This document shows positions 25,501 through 38,706 of a stretch of DNA of 64,000 bases, one piece after another. The stretch comes from Microbotryum violaceum (lineage: Eukaryota). The DNA lies in NCBI GenBank assembly GCA_001244265.2, contig CDLV01000005.1, positions 2,480,001 to 2,544,000 on the forward strand, written 5' to 3'. Below the pieces are notes generated by a model that saw nothing but the letters and a program-made list of their open reading frames with translations, searched no databases and was not told where the DNA came from. Within the stretch, counting starts at the first letter, position 1, and the number at the start of each line of letters is the position of its first letter. A program made the position numbers and the translations under genes.

Positions 25501-28500
25501 TCTGCAAAATGAGCCGCAGTCTAGCTCTACGAGATCCGCCGAAGCAGACATCCGCTCGCCGATCGTAGACCGGGACGGCGCCGGGCCCGCTGAGATGTCG
25601 ATTGACGAGGCGGTGCGAACGACGTCCAAGACGCCCTTTAAGCTCTCTGGATCGATGCAATTGCCGCCCAAGAGCGTCCCTGCGCACGTCGAGGCGCTGA
25701 TGCACACCATTTTGACCACCGCCATCGATGCGACCAAGGGCGCGCTTGTGCCAATTCCCGTCCCCGCAGCCGAGGTTGCCGTCCCGGTCGCAGATCTCAA
25801 GACGACTGATTCGGCGACTGCAGCCGATACCAATGCTGCTCTTGCATCGGCACCGGCAGCCGCTCCCGACGCCGTCAAGAAAAACGTCAAGGATGCCCAC
25901 ATACCCGCCGACTTGCCTCTCGGCGACTACTACCAAGGCACCTACGCGCTGTCGGCCCTGGCTGAGCTGGTCGCTGCGTACCCCGTATGTAGGACAAGTT
26001 TGCTGTCGTTCTCGAGTCGTCGTCCCAAGGATCCGAGCTCGACTGGCCCCGTCAAACCGAAGCTATCGTTCTTGCACTTCATCCTGAACGATCTGCTTCC
26101 TGTGGGATCGATTAGCACACCCTCGGACTTTGAGTCGCGCCGTCGGACCGCCATCTCCAACGTTGCTGCGATCGTTGTCGTCGCGTTGTGTCACGATCCC
26201 ACACCGTCTTCGATTGGTGCCCCCTCGGCGGACGCTCACGCGCTCGAACTTACGAACGTGCGCAAAAGCGTGCTCGACTCGATCGCCAGAGCCTTCCGGG
26301 ACGCGACATCGTCCAGCGAGCCGATGGATATTCGCTACGGCCGGTTGCTCATGCTCTCCGAGCTTTGCCATCGCCTGCTGTCAAGTCGACCGTTCACTTC
26401 CGTCAACAAGGGTTCGGACGAAACGTCGATGCAGATTGCCAAAATGATGCTCGAAAAGAACTTTGCAGGCATCCTCACCAACGCGCTTGCCGAAGTCGAT
26501 CTTAATTTCCCTTCCGTCAACAACCTCATCAATTCGATCCTGCGGCCCCTCGAGCAATTGACCAAGGTTGTGACCAAAGTCGGGCGTCGCCCGGGGGCCA
26601 CCGGAGGTGGCTCGCTGGTCGGCGGGGCTCGTCGCAGCGGTGCCGACATTGATGACTCGACAGACATGGAAGAGTACATCGACGAAGACGATATCGAGGA
26701 AGTCATTGAGGTCGGAAGTGATGAGGAGGAGGACCAAGAGCCACCTGACCTGTACCGCAACTCGGCGCTGGGAATGTACGAAGGCGAGCTCGAGCCTGGC
26801 AACAACGAGGACGCCTACATGACTGGCGAATCCGAAGACTACGATGATGAGGACGACATGATGGACGAGATGGACGATGGAGCCCTGCCGGGCAGCGACG
26901 TGTCCGACATCTCGGACGATGAGGATGAAGACGCGATCGACGAGGCCGAAGCCATGGCCGACGAGATGGAAATGCGAGACGAGATGGACGATGACGACGA
27001 CGATTCCGACTCCGACAATGAAGGCCGCGACGACGATGATGACGACTCGGATCTCGACGACGACGATGCCCTCATCCACGACGACCTACTCGGCCCCGGC
27101 TCGGGAGATGAGGACGAAGATGAGGACGACGAAGGCATCGATGAAATCATCGAGGAAGGCGGAATTGACGGCGATGACGACGGCTGGGTCGACGAAGACG
27201 AAGGGGATCTTCTCATCAATGACGATGGGGACCTAGCCGACATCGAGGCTGGTTTTGTCGATCATGAGGGTACGCCTATCCGCGCCGCTGCCGCCGAGAA
27301 CGATGACGAAGAAGGGGACAGCGAGGATCCCGACTCGTACACCGATGAGGAGGAACACTACATCGCAGGAGAGTTAGAGTTTGAAGCTGAGATGACGGAT
27401 CAACTGCACGCCGCGCAGGGCGGTGGAGGCGCACTCAATTGGGGACAGTTGGCAGGAGACACTGGTCGCCGAGCACGGACTGGTCAGTCCTTGTTCCGCC
27501 TCTCATTGCGCTTGGACTTATTTCTTGACATCCTTTATCGTTTTTTGCAGACATGGTTGCGGATTCGGACGTTTTCGGCAACCCTCGCCGCAACCACCCG
27601 AGCACCCAGGCGGCGGCAGCGCACCCTCTTCTGGTCGAAACCCCCGCGAGTGACGGTGGAGCGGACTCGATGGTATCGCGCCGCAATCGAGGAGCCGGCG
27701 CCCGTGGTACACCAGAGTACGAAGCATGGGCCAACAACATTGAACGTATGCTCGGACCCGGTGGCGTCGACACGCTGCATCAACTGCTTGGCCAGCACGG
27801 GCTCGCCCATCTATCCGGTCCCGACCAGCTCCGCGTCGGGATTGCTCCAGGACCCGACGGTGGGCTCGCGATGGTGATCGATCCCACGCCTTTGCCACAC
27901 GCACAGGGCGGAGAAGCTCAAAGCGCCGCGCGAACCTATCGTTCAAGCACGACAACCGCAGGCGTGCCGCCATCATCTCGCTCGGTAGCCCGACAATTGG
28001 CCGAGCGACTGGGCGCCACTTCTGAATTCTTTCCCGTTCAGACGGCGCAAAGATGGAATGACGAGAGCAAGATCATCCAAGGTGCGTTGAGCCTCTGTTT
28101 TTGTGAAGGGAAATTCTCCATTGTGACCTGACAATGTGCATTTTCATCCGTGTGACAGGTGCTATGACCACAGTGGAACGCAGCAGTCGGCTGACCCAGC
28201 ATGTGATCAACGCCCTAATTGCGCCAGCTCGTGAGCTCGCGCACAATGAGGCGACCGAACGTGGCGCGAAGGAGAACGCAGACGATCGCGTAGACACCTC
28301 GGGCGAAGTAGCCTCCGAGGGTGAAGAGGATGGGGAGCAGGTTGACGGAGCAGAAGAGGGGAACGACCACCCAGTCCCCGAGCCGATGGATGTGGAAAAC
28401 CCTCCTGCTCAAGCCGCGCCAGCAGTTACAGCAGCAACTGCCGCCCCACCGACTGCAGCTGCGACGCCACTTCCTTCGGACGACGTCCAAGCGGTGATGG

Positions 28501-31500
28501 CGCTCGCTCGGTCTCTAGCTGCGGGACTTGCCGTCCCTTCGTCTGATGCGGCCGGCAACACTTCATCGACGGCTCCACCTTCAAGCTCAGTGGAATCATC
28601 GGCCCCCACCATGGCTGGGGGGCCGGCGCCGACACCTATGGACGAAGAGCCTGCTCTAGCTTCGCCCGAGGCATTTTCATCAATCAATGAGCCCAGTGCC
28701 GCCGCACCGGCGGAGGCAAGTGGTTCAAGCAACACTGGACCCACTGCTACTACTTTGGCTGGCGCCGACGACGAGGCTGCAGCAGCCCCAGCGGAGCGCG
28801 TGGTCATACAGGTCCGCGGGCGAGCCGTTGACATCACCGACACGGGAATTGATCCAACCTTCCTCGAGGCTTTGCCGGATGACATGAGGGAGGAGGTTCT
28901 CAACCAGCACTTCCGGGAAGCTCGATCGACGGGACCACCACCGCCCGTCGTACCCGTCGAATCCAACATCGACACGACCTTCCTCGACGCTCTTCCCCCA
29001 GAGATTCGGGCAGAGGTGTTGCAGCAGGAGGCGGCGCAGGCTCGTCGCGAACGCGCTCGCGACGGCGCCGCCGCAGGGAGCACTCAAGCTGGCGTGCGTC
29101 CCGAACGTACGGACCCCGGACTCGAACAACGTGAGCGAGAAGCCGATCTTCTCTTCGGCCCAGGTGGCTTGCCTGATATCGTGGCTCAAGTGCGAGGGGC
29201 GGCACCGCAGCGGGCTCGCGCCCGGGGTCAGGGAGGCATCGCTCGGCAGTTTCTTTCGGCGCTAGATGCCGCCGCAGCGGCCGCCACTGGCACGCCTGTC
29301 GCAGGCTCATCGGCCGCCAAGAAGGCTCCTGCTCATCGAGAGGCGATTCAACTGCTTGACAAGGCCGGGCTTGCGACCCTCGTGCGGTTGCTCTTCTTCC
29401 CTCAACCTCTGCGTCGTAACTCTCTGCAAAAGGTTCTCGTGAACTTGTGTGAAAATTCGCGCACCCGCACTGAGTTGATCACTCTTCTGTTGACGATCTT
29501 GCAAGACGGAACCCGTGATGTCTCTGCCGTAGACAAGAGCTTTTCCCAAATGTCTCTGCGCGCAAGCAAGTCGTTAACGACATCCAAGGATACGCCGCGA
29601 CGACGGGCCGGACTCGACACGCCTGGAGGAACGCTACCTCACTTTCCCGGCGAGAGCGTGCCCAACTTGATTGCGCAGCGTTGTCTCGAGGCATTGATGT
29701 ATCTCGTCGCTGCAAGCGAACAAGCTTCTTTGTTCTTCCTCACCGAACAAGAGTTGCGGCGCAGCTGGAAGAAGGGCAAAGGCAAGGAAAAGGTAAGCAG
29801 CCTTTTGGTCTTCTGCGCTTTCCCATCGCTTGGTATCTGGTCCGAACTCTGACACTTCATTCCTGCGTTTCTTTGCACGCACCTAGGCCGTGCCCCACAC
29901 CACCTATCCGATCATCGTTCTGCTCGGCCTTCTGGATCGCCCCGCGTTGCTCAAGACGCAGAGCATGATGGACTACCTGACGAACTTAACGGCAACTATC
30001 ACTCGTTCGCTTTCGGCGCTACAGAAGAAGAGTTCCAAGGCATCACTTGGACCCGAAGCGACGGTTGCTGCGACCGAGTCCACTGGAGATGTTAACGCTT
30101 CTGCTGCGGCGGTGACGACTACAGCGACCACGAGCGAAGCGGCCCAACCGCAGGAAGGTCTCGGCGCGGCGGGGGCTTCTTCCGGCGGCGAACCTGCATC
30201 GGCGAGTGACAATGCCGCAACCAAGGGCGCGAAGGATGTCTCGCCCGCCGATGCCCTGGTCAAGAGTCCGCCACAAATCCCGGCCTCGGTGTTGCGCTTG
30301 GTGGTGAACGTCCTCGACGCCGGCGAATGCTCGAGCAAGACGTTTCAACAAACGCTCATCCTGATTCAACACTTGTCGTACCTGCCCGAGGCGCGTGAGA
30401 TCATCTCGGATGAGCTGAGGAGCCGCGCGCAAACCCTCGCCGATTCGATACTGCCCGACCTCGACGAGCTATTGCAAACGACACGAGGATCGGATCAGGT
30501 CCGCGGCGCGACGCTGGCCAAGTTCTCGCCGGCCTCGGCTTCCCAAGCCAAACTGTTGCGCATTCTTAAGACGATCGATTGGGTCAATGGGCCGCAGAAA
30601 AAGTCACCTGCGGCTTCGGAAGATCCGACGACGGGCAAGAAGAAGCTCACGGTTGAGGAGGAGAAGGTCAGGGAGATCTTCCACGAGTTCCGCTTTGATG
30701 GGCTTTGGAGCCGCCTCAGCGAGTCCCTACTGGCCGTCGAGGCCCGACCCGAGTTGCTCTACCTCGCCACCGTTCTGCTGCCGCTGATCGAGTCGCTGTG
30801 AGTTTGGCTTTCGTCCATCGAAACGTGTCTGAGATACTGAGGTTATCATTGTCAATGACTTGTCACACTTCGCAGTATGGTCGTCAGCAAGTATGCATTC
30901 GTTGGCTCGTCCACCAAAGCCGACGAGGGAATGCCACTGGCTTCGCCTCAAATCGCACTTTCGCCAACACTACAATCCCCGCTGGAAGACAAGACGATGG
31001 GAAACATCTTCCTCAGGTTCACCGACGCTCATCGCAAGATCCTGAACACGATGGTCAAGAACAATCCTTCGCTACTGTCAGGTAGCTTTTCGATCCTCAT
31101 ACACAACCCCAAGGTTCTCGAGTTCGAGAACAAGCGAGCTTACTTCTTCTCAGTGCGTCCTTGATGTTGCGGACAAGGCTTGACCTGCATTCGTCTTGCT
31201 GACCCCTCTTTTTGACTTACCCACAGCGATTGCATGATCGGAGTCAACGACGTGGACAACACTATGGAAACTTGGCCGTCAACGTGAGACGGTCTCATGT
31301 GTACGTTTTAAGTATTTTAGCGCGCCGAATCCGGCGGCTTGCCTCAGCTTGACAGGCATTGACGATTTTTGCTACCTTCAGATTTGAGGACTCGTTCCGA
31401 GTGTTCGAGCGTCACACCGGTGATGAGATCAAGTTCGGAAAACTGAACGTCAAGTTCTACAACGAGGAGGGTGTCGATGCCGGAGGTGTGACGAGGTATG

Positions 31501-32878
31501 TATCCCCCCTTTTGGTGTGGGGCTCATTCGATCATTGGACCCTCGATTGACTGTTCTTGATTGTGATGCTGCAGGGAATGGTTCTCGGCCCTTGCTCGAC
31601 AAATGTTCAACCCTGGCTATGCCCTTTTCCAACCTCAAGCGGCGGACTCTTTGACCTACCAGCCCAACAAAGTGAGTTCGTGCCTGGTTAACCTTCCAAG
31701 AAGTTATACTGAGACCACACTGTTCATTCCTCATAGTCCTCGAGCATCAACGAACTTCATTTGGCCTTCTTCAAGTTCGTGGGTCACATTATTGGAAAGG
31801 CACTCCACGATCAAAGGGTTCTCGAGGCGTACTTCTCTCGATCCGTTTACAAACACATGCTCGGCAAGCGTATCGACCACAATGACCTCGAATCGATCGA
31901 TCCCGAGTACCACAAGTCGCTTGTGTGGATGCTCGAGAACGACATTGACGGCGTCATCGATTTGACTTTCTCGATCGAGAGCGACGACTTCGGCGTGACG
32001 AGCGTCGTCGATCTCCTGCCAAATGGGCGCAACATCCCCGTGACCAACGCCAATAAACACGAGTATGTGCGTCTGATTGCGGATCAGCGGCTGTCTATCG
32101 AAATCAAGGATCAGATCGACGTGAGTCAGGCAATCTAAGTTTACGTCGTCCGAAATTGCCACCGAGGCGCTAACATCAAACTTGCCATTTCTCGATCAGG
32201 CCTTGCTCAAGGGTCTTTACGAGATCGTTCCTAAAGATCTAATGCGCATCTTCTCCGAGCGCGAACTCGAACTGCTCATCTCCGGCTTGCCCGAGATCGA
32301 CGTCGACGAGTGGCGCGCCAACACGAACCTGGTCAACTTCACATCGACCGACCCCGTTATTGGTTACTTCTGGCGTGCCGTTCGCTCCTTCTCGCACGAG
32401 GAGCGTGCCAAGGTCAGCTTTTAAACTTCGGGACTCCTTTTTGGCGGACTCGCGTGCAAGATATTTACTTCCTCGTCTGTTATCACCACAGCTCCTTCAA
32501 TTCGTTTCGGGGTCGTCTCGAGTTCCCCTCGAAGGATTCGCCTCGCTCCAAGGCATGTCTGGGGTGACGAAGTTCTCAATCCACTCAGCCGGTGCTTCCA
32601 AGGCGCTGCCAACGGCACACACGTGTTTCAACCGTGAGTTGTGTCTCGAATCACACTGGGTGGACAAAGCGTTAATCTTCTCTACCCTGTCCCGAAATCA
32701 GAGCTTGATCTGCCCGCGAGCTATCAATCGTACGAAGAGCTTCGCAAAGCGTTGCTCACGTCCATCACGGAGGGCGCTGGCTCTTTTGGATTCGGTATGT
32801 TCTTTTGGATGATCCTGCCTACAGTCTGTTTGTGACCTACCGACTGACCGACGCTTTTCTTTACCCCGCGCAGCTTAA
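19535..32878 (+). CDS. TOM1: HUWE1/Tom1 HECT E3 ubiquitin ligase (DUF908, DUF913, UBA, UBM repeats, HECT), many introns
   Basis: WTWPRTDLQHWIVPLNRFD, LLENSTNRKIFSSFD, UBA (LVDMGFPRSAVELAL), IDPTFLEALPDDMREEVL, EEGVDAGGVTREWF, catalytic LPTAHTCFN, terminal FGF|A* (stop 32876-32878). The intron junctions I checked keep the frame. Confidence 0.96.
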
Positions 32879-33106
32879 AGCGAAAATGCCCGGGACTTTT
32901 AAGGTTTTGCCCTCATCTCTGCTTCTCTTTTCCGCTGGAAGTGTTCCCTCTTCTCTTCTCGTTTGTTTCCGCTAGCTCTCTAGATTTTGTTTAGGTTTCG
33001 TGATGCTCTTCCCGCGTGCACTGAAGAGAGACTGCGTTAACTTTTACACCAATCGTCATAGCCATGCACTGGCATCAAGGTTGGAAGAACTACACTACGT
33101 ATGCCT

Positions 33107-33556
33107 TTATGATATGAACCGCCCCTCTCTTTGTTCACGCCCACCGTTAAGCCATGTACTGTACGCGAGAACGAAGAGACCGATCGCCCACAATGACAAT
33201 CCGAGCGCGAGCAACATGGTTGGCGTACGATCGAGTCGGTCCAGCGCGATCAAGAACCGTTGCCATCCGGAACGATGGGGTCGTCTTGCGGTGACGAGCT
33301 GTCGATTTTGCGTGAGATAGCCGAATGAGGAGTCGTCCGGTGGGTAGTAGTACGGTTCGCCTACGAGTGGGGATTCTGGGTCTGATTCGGTGGAGCTGAG
33401 AGCGTTCAATGGGGAGAAAGATTTCGAGTCGTTCAGCGGACGAATTGTAGAGGTCGATGAAAAAGCCGTTATGGGTATGAGATGAGGATCAACGGGAGTG
33501 TGTGAGGGTGAGGGAGTGTGTGAAGGTGAGGGTGGCAGTTCGAATGGGATGATCAA
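33107..33556 (-). CDS. Hypothetical small protein with C-terminal transmembrane segment; 5' end uncertain
   Basis: Pro/Ser-rich region followed by hydrophobic MLLALGLSLWAIGLFVLAYSTW. Confidence 0.45.
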   Translation of the reverse strand: MIIPFELPPSPSHTPSPSHTPVDPHLIPITAFSSTSTIRPLNDSKSFSPLNALSSTESDPESPLVGEPYYYPPDDSSFGYLTQNRQLVTARRPHRSGWQRFLIALDRLDRTPTMLLALGLSLWAIGLFVLAYSTWLNGGREQREGRFIS

Positions 33557-34102
33557 CGGTGGTGGTGGTGGTGGTGGGGATAACGGCGAGGTGATTGGAG
33601 CAAGGAGGGGTTGAGTTCGGGTGGGTTGCCGGTCGAGCGATGCATGTCTCGATCGGATGCCAATGGGGTTCTCGAGCGCGGAAAGGGGATTGCGCCCTTC
33701 CTTGTGTCTCTTTCGGTTTGTTTGGTTGTGTTGGGATGAGGAAGATGATTAATCTTCCTGGACGAGACCCTGGGATGATGCGTACACCCCAGGGACCGCG
33801 GTTTGCAAAAACGCCAATATTCCCTTGAAATAAGACAGCACCGTATTCGGGACGGTAGGTGGGTCGAAAAGTTTCGCGAGTGTAGAGGCAATAAGCACTG
33901 CCGTTCGAGCGAAACGAATAAGGTGCAGAAGCGAACAGGCCTTTCTCTCGCCTACTCCACTCTAAGCGCATGCGCGCCACCCCCAGGGCCCAGCCTGGCA
34001 GCCGTCGTGCCCGACGCGGCCGGGCCTCGACTCGAAGCGCTCTTGCTCTTGCTCTTGCTTCTGCTTCTGCTTCTGCCGCCTCGGACCCGTCGGGATCAGC
34101 GC

Positions 34103-35719
34103 ATGGCGAGCTCGTCGCAATGGATCTGGGATCCGACCTACTCGCTCTACTACAATCCCTCGACGCAGCAATGGGCTCGGATCGGCGCCGACGGTGAATG
34201 GGTTTATGCGAGCGCGACTCTGCACCAGCAGCCGCACGACTCGGCGAAGGCGAACGCAGCGGAGGCGGGCGATGTCCGAGCTTCAGCTGCTGCTTATGCT
34301 CGGTCAGCGAGATCAGGAGGATCGTCGTCTGCTGCAGCCAAGGGGAAGAGAAGCTACTACGATCGAGATGATCCAGATACGCCCGGGGAACTGTCCTACG
34401 CCCCGGCCGTACCAGAGGAACAAGTGTGGCCTTTCTCGGGCGACGAACACGATGATGGACCCCTCCGCGAAGCAGGCAAATGGACCCACGATCGCTACGA
34501 CCCAGGCCTCGACGAGTTAGCAGCTCCCATACTGAGGCTTGTTGTCGACCGATCGGGGGTGTTGCAAAAGGATCGCGTCATTATCATTCCTCCGGACGAA
34601 CCCGTACAAGTAGGAAGGGACAAGGCGTTCGACAAGCGCATACGACTCAAAGAATTGCAAGTCAGCAAAACTCACGCCACTCTCTTCTTTACTCCCTTGG
34701 ACGCTGGTGGGGATGGAGGAGAGTGGCAAGTCGTTGACGGAGGGAGTACGCAGGGGACGTTCGTCAAGGCGACGAGCTCAACGGGGGAATGGGTCAGGCT
34801 CAGTCGGGACAAGGTGGCGAGTGAGCCCAGGACGTTGCATCATCTCGAGTGGGTCAACTACACATTGCAGTCGCTCGCAACTTGATGCTGACTCGATCAT
34901 CGGGCTATCTTGATCCATCCCAACAGCCTCTTACGCATCGGCACCACCTCCTTCTCGATCCACATCCACGCGTCCCTCCCATGCTCGACCTGCTCCATCA
35001 AAACCGACGAATCCAACCTCATTCCTCTATCCACTTCCGAGGACCACCAACCCATTTCTACCACAACTGACGGCCCAACCTCGCTCGGCCCTACGCCTTA
35101 TACGGCCGTGACGAAGGAACAGAAAGAGCTCGAGCGGCGCGAACGTATGAAGGGGCTCAAGGAACAATATCGTATAGGGCCTGGATTGAAGAACTCGACT
35201 GTGACCCCAATTGAAGGCAAGGACGGTGTCGACCCATCTTCCACCCGCCCAGGCGAGACTCCATTCATCGACCGCGCCAAGATCAGAAGGGAACGCAATA
35301 TCGGTGCCGACGAAGTTGCGACCAAGACTTCGAAGCAAATCACTTCAGCACCGTTCTTTACTGTGCCAGGTGCGAACGCAGCCCATTCGATCATCTCGGC
35401 TTCTTCGACAACTCGTCCAATTGATCCGTTCGGAAGTGAAAGTAAAGGCGCCAAATTACTCGCTAAAGTTGGCGGTGCAGGATTGTCTACGCCCACCGCA
35501 GCCTCAGCTTCAACCACGACGATGGCCACCCCACGAGGTCTAGGTCAACTTATCGATCCTAAAGTACTGAATGGGGACGCAAAGTCCGGCTTGGGGAGTC
35601 GACCCCTCAAAGCACTCTTACAACCCGTCGTCATTCATGATGCCAAACAAGGTGGTTGGCGGGAAGATGTGAGGGAGGCGAGTCGCAAGAGGTGGAAGGA
35701 GATGGAGGGGAAGTCCTGA
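34103..35719 (+). CDS. AGGF1-like protein: OCRE-like N-terminus, FHA domain, G-patch-like C-terminus (one intron ~34849-34926)
   Basis: WIWDPTYSLYYNPSTQQW; FHA (VQVGRD..IRLKELQVSKTHA..VVDGGSTQGTFV..LHHLD.LRIGTTSF); FIDRAKIRRE; SKGAKLLAKVG..GLG..SGLG. Confidence 0.75.
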
Positions 35720-36691
35720 GGACTTGCGGATGGGGCTTATCATTGGAATTGGAACCAGCTACTCACTGAACTTGAAGAGCTCAGGATTTCGGATAGTCGG
35801 TACGATGCAGATTGCAATCGAGTCACAGACAAACAAGCAAAATAGTAAAGAGTACAGACGAACAAAAAATCGTCGACAGCATCAAAGACGAATCTGTGCA
35901 AAAATCAACGCATTCAGAACAGAAAGGCACTGAGACCAGTCAGCCATCAAAGTCTTCGTCAAGTGGATGATACGTTGTGATGCAAGAGAGGTGCGTTGGA
36001 TATGATAGGATCCGTTGGCCGTTCTTAAAAGCGGTTCATTCCACATCCCCTCAAGTACCTCGAAAGGCCCGGGGTCGGTTTTAGCATGGAACATGTTTTG
36101 TCGTCATATCCTTCTGTGTAGTTGTCGAAAATGAAGGCGAAGGTGGAGTAAATGCGAGAAAGCGGGGGAGGCTTACCTATAACAGAACTAGGGTCCTTTG
36201 TTAACCCAGGCATTTCCAAGATGGGGTAGGGTTCCTGAATGAGGCGCAAGGATAGAATGGTCGTGAAGAGTCAGTCATCGACATTCCAGAATGTGCATCC
36301 TCGCTATGCCATCTCCTTCTCCGTGGTTGGATAATGTATGTGGTCCAATTTCGCCTCAGTGTTGCTCTTTGGTTTATTGGCTAAAATAAGTGAGCGCGTG
36401 TCGAATCGGCATGGTCCTCTGGTTGAGGGAGGACCAACTACGACTGGGGCGACAATAAAGTACTCATCTCGCGCGAAGAGTGGACCACACACACCAACCG
36501 ACGAGAGAAGAAAGGAGGAAAAACATAAAGGGGAAAGGAGGCCGAAAACTCACTGAGATATGAAGAGACAACAATGCTCGGGTTAACGGGACACAAACCG
36601 AGTCGATACGAACACAACAGAAGAGATGAAGAAGTCGCTGGTTGAATTGCGGGAAGGGATGCAGAGGGGCGGACGAAGTCAAACGGCGATG

Positions 36692-38268
36692 TTACAGTCG
36701 AACGGCGTGGTGAATGACTTGCGGGTCCAGAAGTTCCTTCTGGGATTGAACCAGCTTGAGCTCGACCATCCTCAGCCTTCGCACACGCTCTTCGGCACTT
36801 TCCCCTTCGCGGGGGATGATGGCATCGGGGTAATGCTTAGCCAACCTCAGTGCGTTGGCACGCGTTCGAGCGAGGACACCTTGCAGGGAAGCGATCGCCA
36901 ATTCGACAGTGTAGGCGAGGGGAGACACGGCGTGTGGGGGGTGAGAGGCATTGGGGAAGCGACCCAAGACGAGGGAAGAGAAGACGTCGCCGACACCTTC
37001 GTAGTGTTCGGCCAACTCGGGGAAGGCGATGCCGAATGAAATGGATTCGATCGGGCCGTTAGCCGACGAAGTTGGTGTCATGGTCGAACCGCAGCAGAGC
37101 AAGAGCCGATCGTTGGGCGCTGCCGATTCGACAGTCACGTCGAGCTTGGCTAGCTCGTCGCGAGGCAACGACACGGCCGAGATGACGATGTTAGGGATGC
37201 GATACCGTTCGTGGAAGGTCCGCAGTGCCAAACGCAACGAAGCGGCGTCGAGAATCTTGACATCGGTGAGGAGCTCGGCTTCAAAGTAGTTGGGCGTTGC
37301 GCACGTCGCTTTGGGCATCAGCGACTTGTAGATGGGGATGACGGCTTCCGAGACGTAGATGCGACCGTCGTCACCCATGACGGGGTCGAGGACGTAGATG
37401 AGGTTGGGGTTGATAGACCGCAATCGGTCCACGGTGCGAGCGACAACGAGCAGCGCCTCGGCACCGGGTACGTAGCCGGTCAACAGATGTGACTGGCGAA
37501 GAAGCCCGTTGGCCTGGGGGTTGGCGTGGTGCCATCGTCAGCAATCTTGTGCTGCCTCTGCGAGATTGACAGGGATGGGCGTAGGCGACTCAAGAAACTC
37601 ACATCGAGTGCGCTCATGACATCCTCGAGATGAGCGGCGTCAAACTTGGATCCGCCCCATCTGCCGTAACCTATGAATTTGAGAACAGTCACAAGTCAGT
37701 CTTGACATCTCCCGATACTTGGAAAAACAAGGCAGGGAAATTACGCGAACCCTGAGTGAGCGATACGACAGAGGAAAACGACGAGGGCACACGGAGGCGG
37801 CATTCATGAGAAAGCGCGGAGAGGCGACCATGCAGTATATGCAAAAGTATGCAAGCAAGAGAAAATAAAAGAGGGAGAAGAGCGTTAGTTGGCTGAGCAA
37901 TGGTTCAATGGCGAGAGCACTGGAGCGCCAGGCGAGGAAAAGTCGAGGGCGACGTGGCCCTCTGCACGGCGATGGCAACCCAAACTTACCGTGTGGTTAG
38001 AGAATTCGACCGTGTTGGCCGCATCTACCTCCCAGCCCAAGAGTTGCAGGGGAAAGCTAGCCGATTTGTTGCCTGAGCAAAGGCAGGGCGCGCACACGAG
38101 GCAAAAAAAGGGGTCAGCGCCGACCGCTGGCTGCGAAGCGGCCAAAACGAAGCGGCGACCATGGAGCATGAACTCACCAACATAGCCTGCCACGACGTGG
38201 GACTGTATCGACAAAACTCGTTTATCGGGCACAACCAACGACGGCGTGCTGGCGGAGGAAGACGCCAT
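36692..38268 (-). CDS. BUD16: Pyridoxal kinase; exons 38268-38178, 38072-37990, 37751 (1 nt), 37670-~37603, ~37513-36692
   Basis: [79 protein letters not shown]. Confidence 0.93.
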
Positions 38269-38706
38269 CGCGGCGCCGCGGAAGGTGGAAGGCGTCGTAG
38301 CGCACCTCTCCGTGCGTGGTGAGCGTAGTGGTGTGCGGGAGGAAAAGAGCGCGCGCGCAGCCGCGCAGCCCCCACCCGCGCGTTACTCAAGCCGAGCCAA
38401 AGGCCGGAAGGGAAAAGAGGTCCAAGCGCAAGCCTCGGCAGCGCGTCGCTCAAAACACTCGCTGGGCCTCACGCTGGGCCAAAGTCAAAGCTGGCACGCA
38501 GGGAGCTGGGCCGTCGTGGCTTGGCGAGCCTTCGCAGCCAAGGCGCGTCGGAAATGGTGGCTCTTGCGGGCAGGTGCTGGCTGGGCTCTGACTTGTACTC
38601 TCTTCGTCATCACCCCCCTCAGCACCGTACCCGGTACTCGCCTCATTAATAATAAGCCCTCTTACTCTCGCCTCCCAATTCCACTCCCCGTATCAACTCC
38701 CTCCGT

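Noticed and set aside
35880-36500. Short minus-strand ORFs between the FHA gene and BUD16
   Set aside because: Stops interrupt the frames and no family is recognisable.
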